Below are positions 60,353-64,000 of a stretch of DNA of 64,000 nt, in pieces. Source of the stretch: Leptospira biflexa (GTDB lineage: Bacteria; Spirochaetota; DYNZ01); NCBI GenBank assembly GCA_020720805.1, contig DYNZ01000001.1, forward strand, positions 46,374 to 110,373, in the 5' to 3' direction. How positions within the stretch are numbered: position 1 is the first letter of the stretch; each line of letters starts with the position of its first letter. Under the pieces are notes generated by a model. It was not told the origin of the DNA. It did no database searches and worked only from the letters and a program-made list of their open reading frames with translations. The translations under genes and the position numbers were made by a program.

Positions 60353-60391
60353 CCAAATGTATCCGGAACTGAATTACCTTGGGGAGTTTTT

Positions 60392-61708
60392 ATGTCGACA
60401 TTGAAAATTGCTGTGCAGCCTTACAAGGGAACGAGGGATTTCTATCCGGATGAGATGCGTTTCAGAAAATTGATCTTTCAGAAAATTTCTGACCTTGTGG
60501 AAAAATATGGCTACGAGCCCTACGATGGCCCTATGCTGGAATCATTTGATTTATACGCCGCAAAAACCGGTGAGGAGATCGTCAATGAACAGCTCTATTC
60601 ATTTGAAGATCGTGGTGGCCGTAAAGTGGCCATGCGACCAGAAATGACTCCGACTTTAGCTCGTATGGTGGCAAAAAAAGCGAAAGAGCTTGTTCGGCCA
60701 ATTCGCTGGTATTCGATTCCGAATTTGTGGAGGTACGAAAATCCGCAAAAAGGGAGGCTTAGAGAGCACTGGCAACTGAATGTAGATATATTTGGCGTGG
60801 ACGGCTCTGCGGCTGAAGCAGAGGTTCTTGCTCTTGCCATAGAGATATTAAAAGGTTTTGGCGCTAATGCTACCATGTTTGAGTTGCGTCTCAATCACAG
60901 GATGATCACCGATACCTTTTTGCATTCTGTATTGAAGCTTGATAGCAGCCAATTGCATACCGTCGCCAAACTAATTGACAAAAAATTGAAAATGGATCCA
61001 TCTGTTTTTGAGAAGGCTTTAGTGGATATCGGCCTCAACCTAGAGCAGAATCAGAAACTTCTCGATTTTTTTTCGTTATCTCTGGCCGAGCTGCGGGGAG
61101 CTTTTCCTGAATTGGAAAAGCCGAGCCAACAATTGGAGCAAACATTTTTTACCTTGTCTGCTATGGGTTACGGGGAGTATGTTCGCTTTGTTCCAGAGAT
61201 TATGCGTGGTTTTGACTACTATACCGGTATGGTATTTGAGATTTTCGATAAACATCCGGAAAATCGCAGATCTATTTTTGGTGGCGGCAGATATGATAAT
61301 CTTCTCGATCTATTTGGAGCCGATTCCATGAGCGGGATAGGCTTTGGAATGGGAGATGTCACTTTTGCGGATTTTTTGCAGACTCATGGATTAACTCCGG
61401 ATGTTCGCCGCGAAAATATTGTGGCTCTTGGTATTTTTCCTGACAGCAGAACAGAGGATCTTTGGAGATTGGCTCAGGAGCTGCGTGAAAGCGGCATTAT
61501 CGTAGAGATTCCCTGGGATATGAAAAAAATTCCAAAGCAGATTCAATCCGTGGAAAAAAAGGGGATACGTTACTTTCTTCTTTTAGGTGAAGCAGAGTTG
61601 TCAGAGAATAGTGTCCAGCTAAAGGATTTGCAGACCGGGCATCAGGAAAAAATCAACCGAGATCAATTGCTGCCACGGCTTCGTGAAATTTTAATGCAAT
61701 TGCATTAA
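60392..61708 (+). CDS. hisS: Histidine--tRNA ligase
   Basis: KGTRDF, RPEMT, WRYENPQKGRLREHWQ, RGFDYYTG, GGGRYD. Confidence 0.97.
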   Translation: MSTLKIAVQPYKGTRDFYPDEMRFRKLIFQKISDLVEKYGYEPYDGPMLESFDLYAAKTGEEIVNEQLYSFEDRGGRKVAMRPEMTPTLARMVAKKAKELVRPIRWYSIPNLWRYENPQKGRLREHWQLNVDIFGVDGSAAEAEVLALAIEILKGFGANATMFELRLNHRMITDTFLHSVLKLDSSQLHTVAKLIDKKLKMDPSVFEKALVDIGLNLEQNQKLLDFFSLSLAELRGAFPELEKPSQQLEQTFFTLSAMGYGEYVRFVPEIMRGFDYYTGMVFEIFDKHPENRRSIFGGGRYDNLLDLFGADSMSGIGFGMGDVTFADFLQTHGLTPDVRRENIVALGIFPDSRTEDLWRLAQELRESGIIVEIPWDMKKIPKQIQSVEKKGIRYFLLLGEAELSENSVQLKDLQTGHQEKINRDQLLPRLREILMQLH

Positions 61709-61810
61709 TCGAGCTTGCTCTCTTCTACTCAAGAAAATCGACTTGAATTATTTAAGCCCTCTCTAATAGTAACCGCAAAGCTATCAGAATCAATGTAGAG
61801 GGCATGCGCT

Positions 61811-62605
61811 ATGCAAACACTCTCTTTGCTGCACCTGGATTTTCGTAAATCCATGCGTACGGACAGACCGTTCCATTTTGGCTCGCATCTGCTTCTATTC
61901 ATCATCACTGGCACCGCGCTTTGGCTGCCTCTCTCTATCTATTTTTTTTGGTTATCCCCCATGATACCTCTGTTTGCTATACCTGCCTCAGCACAGATAG
62001 CCCTATTTATCCTTGGAGCTTTTACATTTGGTCTTTGGTCCCATGTTGTCGTATTTCTTCTCATTCAACGTTATGAATTACAACGGGAGCGAAAAGTTCA
62101 GCTTTTTACCGATTTGGCTTTTTTTGCCAAAGAGGTAGCTCAGGTTAACGGTAAGCAGCCATCAGAGTTTTCTGAATTGTATAAAAAAATTTACTCTTTG
62201 GAGATTTTTCCGGCAGAGTATGCAAGGCATCTTCCAGAGCGAAATGCGGCTCTTTGGACCTTCTTAAATTGGCTGACGTTGGGTTTAGCCTCCTATTTTT
62301 TCGCTTTTATGCTTATGACATCGATGCAGAGACAACAGGATTTAGAAGAGGATTTTCTTTTTATTTTATCAGAGGTACTAATAGAGTTAAAGTTGCTTCG
62401 CTATCCTTTACCTCTGGAGTATCGTATTGTGCGCCGCGAATTTTCCGTATATGCGTTGCTATCGATCTTCTCTCTTGGTCTGTTCTGGTACTTTTGGTAT
62501 TATGCTCTGATGCATGACTTTAATCGCTTGTTAGATCGCAGTGAGCGCTGGGAAGGTGTACTCCACTATATACTTCTCCTGTATCCGGAGAGGCTCTCTC
62601 GATGA
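61811..62605 (+). CDS. DUF4234-like membrane protein with internal repeats
   Basis: Repeated LL.IIT.G / LTLG / IFSLG..WY units. Confidence 0.55.
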   Translation: MQTLSLLHLDFRKSMRTDRPFHFGSHLLLFIITGTALWLPLSIYFFWLSPMIPLFAIPASAQIALFILGAFTFGLWSHVVVFLLIQRYELQRERKVQLFTDLAFFAKEVAQVNGKQPSEFSELYKKIYSLEIFPAEYARHLPERNAALWTFLNWLTLGLASYFFAFMLMTSMQRQQDLEEDFLFILSEVLIELKLLRYPLPLEYRIVRREFSVYALLSIFSLGLFWYFWYYALMHDFNRLLDRSERWEGVLHYILLLYPERLSR

Positions 62606-63411
62606 GTGGAAAGCGAATACCGATCTGTCTCACGATAGCTGGTTCTGATTCCGGCGGTGGAGCAGGCGTCCAGGCTGACATGAAAACCTTTTCCTCGCTT
62701 GAGACGTTCGCGACTTCGGCTATAACTGCGATTACCGCCCAGAACAGTTTTGAAGTGACCGCTATCCAGGAGATTGAACCACAGGTTGTCTATAAGCAGA
62801 TTCAGGCTGTAGCGACTGATTTTTCCGTGGATGCCTGTAAAACAGGAATGCTATCTTCGGAGGCTATAATCCGGATTGTGGCCGCAGCAATTCGAGATTT
62901 TTCTATTCACAAATTTGTACTCGACCCAGTTATGATCTCCAAAAGCGGAGCTACATTGTTGCAGCCCACAGCCATGTCTGCTTTGAAGCAGGAGCTTCTT
63001 CCTTTGTCAATGGTGCTAACCCCAAACCTTCCTGAAGCAGAAGAGATTTCAGGAGTAAAAATAATGGATGATACATCTTTGCGCCAGGCTGCAGAGAAAA
63101 TCCTCGATTTTGGTCCTCAATGGTTGGTTATCAAGGGAGGACATAGCGAGGGGGCTCCAATTGATTACGTTTTTTCCAGAAGGTATCAGGAGGAGTTTCA
63201 GCTACCGGCTCCTAGGATCAATACGAGGAATACCCATGGCAGCGGTTGTACTTATGCTGCTGCCATCACCGCATATCTGGCACGTAATGCTTCTCCGCGA
63301 CAGGCCATTGAAATGGCAAGACAGTATGTCCAGAAAGGTATTGAATCATCTCTGTCAATTGGCAAAGGTCATGGCCCTTTGCACCATTTTCATCCATGGT
63401 ATCGTTTTTAA
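62602..63411 (+). CDS. thiD: Hydroxymethylpyrimidine/phosphomethylpyrimidine kinase
   Basis: TIAGSDSGGGAGVQAD, KTGML, DPVM, TPNLPEA, KGGH, THGSGC. Confidence 0.96.
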   Translation: MSGKRIPICLTIAGSDSGGGAGVQADMKTFSSLETFATSAITAITAQNSFEVTAIQEIEPQVVYKQIQAVATDFSVDACKTGMLSSEAIIRIVAAAIRDFSIHKFVLDPVMISKSGATLLQPTAMSALKQELLPLSMVLTPNLPEAEEISGVKIMDDTSLRQAAEKILDFGPQWLVIKGGHSEGAPIDYVFSRRYQEEFQLPAPRINTRNTHGSGCTYAAAITAYLARNASPRQAIEMARQYVQKGIESSLSIGKGHGPLHHFHPWYRF

Positions 63412-63444
63412 TATTAGAAATTATTTTATTACAAGGAGTAAGAA

Positions 63445-64000
63445 ATGGCTGAATTTTTTTATAAAGACCCTTTTCCATTGGGAGAGGATAAAACCCAATA
63501 CCGTTTGCTCAGTAAAGAGCATATAAGTACTGTCAATATGGGGGGGAAGGAATTTCTTCAGGTAGGGAAAGAGGCTTTAACCCTGCTTGCGAATCAGGCA
63601 ATGATTGATATCTCCTTTCTTCAGAGAACTGCACATCTGGAAAAAGTGGCAAAAATTCTGGATGATCCAGAGGCATCAGAAAATGATAAATATGTCGCCA
63701 CGGCTATGCTTGAAAACGCTGTCATCGCTTCTGAGATGGAACTGCCTTTCTGTCAAGATACAGGCACCGCCATTATTATGGGTAAAAAGGGACAGTATGT
63801 GCTAACTAGTGAAGATGACGAGGAGGCATTATCCCTGGGGGTGTACAAGACTTACACGGAAAAAAACCTTCGGTACTCGCAAACAATTGCATTGACAATG
63901 TACGAAGAAAAGAATTCTGGCTGCAATCTACCCGCTCAGATCGATCTGTATGCTACCAAGGGAAGCAATTACTCCTTCTTATTTGTGGCCAAGGGCGGTG
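63445..64000 (+). CDS. Class I fumarate hydratase (5' part; runs off window end)
   Basis: Manual translation [22 protein letters not shown]...ASENDKYVA...[11 protein letters not shown]...NLRYSQ...NLPAQID...AKGG; AAGGAG RBS. Confidence 0.92.
   Translation, partial: MAEFFYKDPFPLGEDKTQYRLLSKEHISTVNMGGKEFLQVGKEALTLLANQAMIDISFLQRTAHLEKVAKILDDPEASENDKYVATAMLENAVIASEMELPFCQDTGTAIIMGKKGQYVLTSEDDEEALSLGVYKTYTEKNLRYSQTIALTMYEEKNSGCNLPAQIDLYATKGSNYSFLFVAKGG

Overview
Origin-proximal chromosomal window of an AT-rich spirochaete, most likely Leptospirales-like. The taxonomic call rests on the Leptospira-type FlaB, OmpL37-like proteins and an oriC between dnaA and dnaN. The window opens with recF(partial)-dnaN-oriC-dnaA. 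It continues with mostly housekeeping and envelope genes: cca, fluC, hemB, coaE, argB, mnmG, SPFH/NfeD, c-di-GMP enzymes, GH57/GalT-like, ClC, queA, thyX, an AttEFGH-like ABC system, flaB, hisS, thiD and a partial class I fumarase. An accessory block at about 45.3-54.4 kb holds the most interesting material. (i) A two-gene unit encodes a HAD domain fused to a catalytically eroded ATP-PEP carboxykinase, followed by a HipA-like atypical (pseudo)kinase. (ii) An archaeal-PolB2-type cassette (inactive RadA/RecA-like protein, small helical protein, proofreading-deficient B-family polymerase) lies divergent from an XRE-HTH/S24 self-cleaving repressor, suggesting a damage-inducible mutasome. (iii) A BrnT relic and an MNT-HEPN toxin-antitoxin pair are flanked by degenerate REP-like repeats. 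No rRNA, tRNA, CRISPR array or transposase was seen. All family calls come from motif recognition by eye; no database searches were run.
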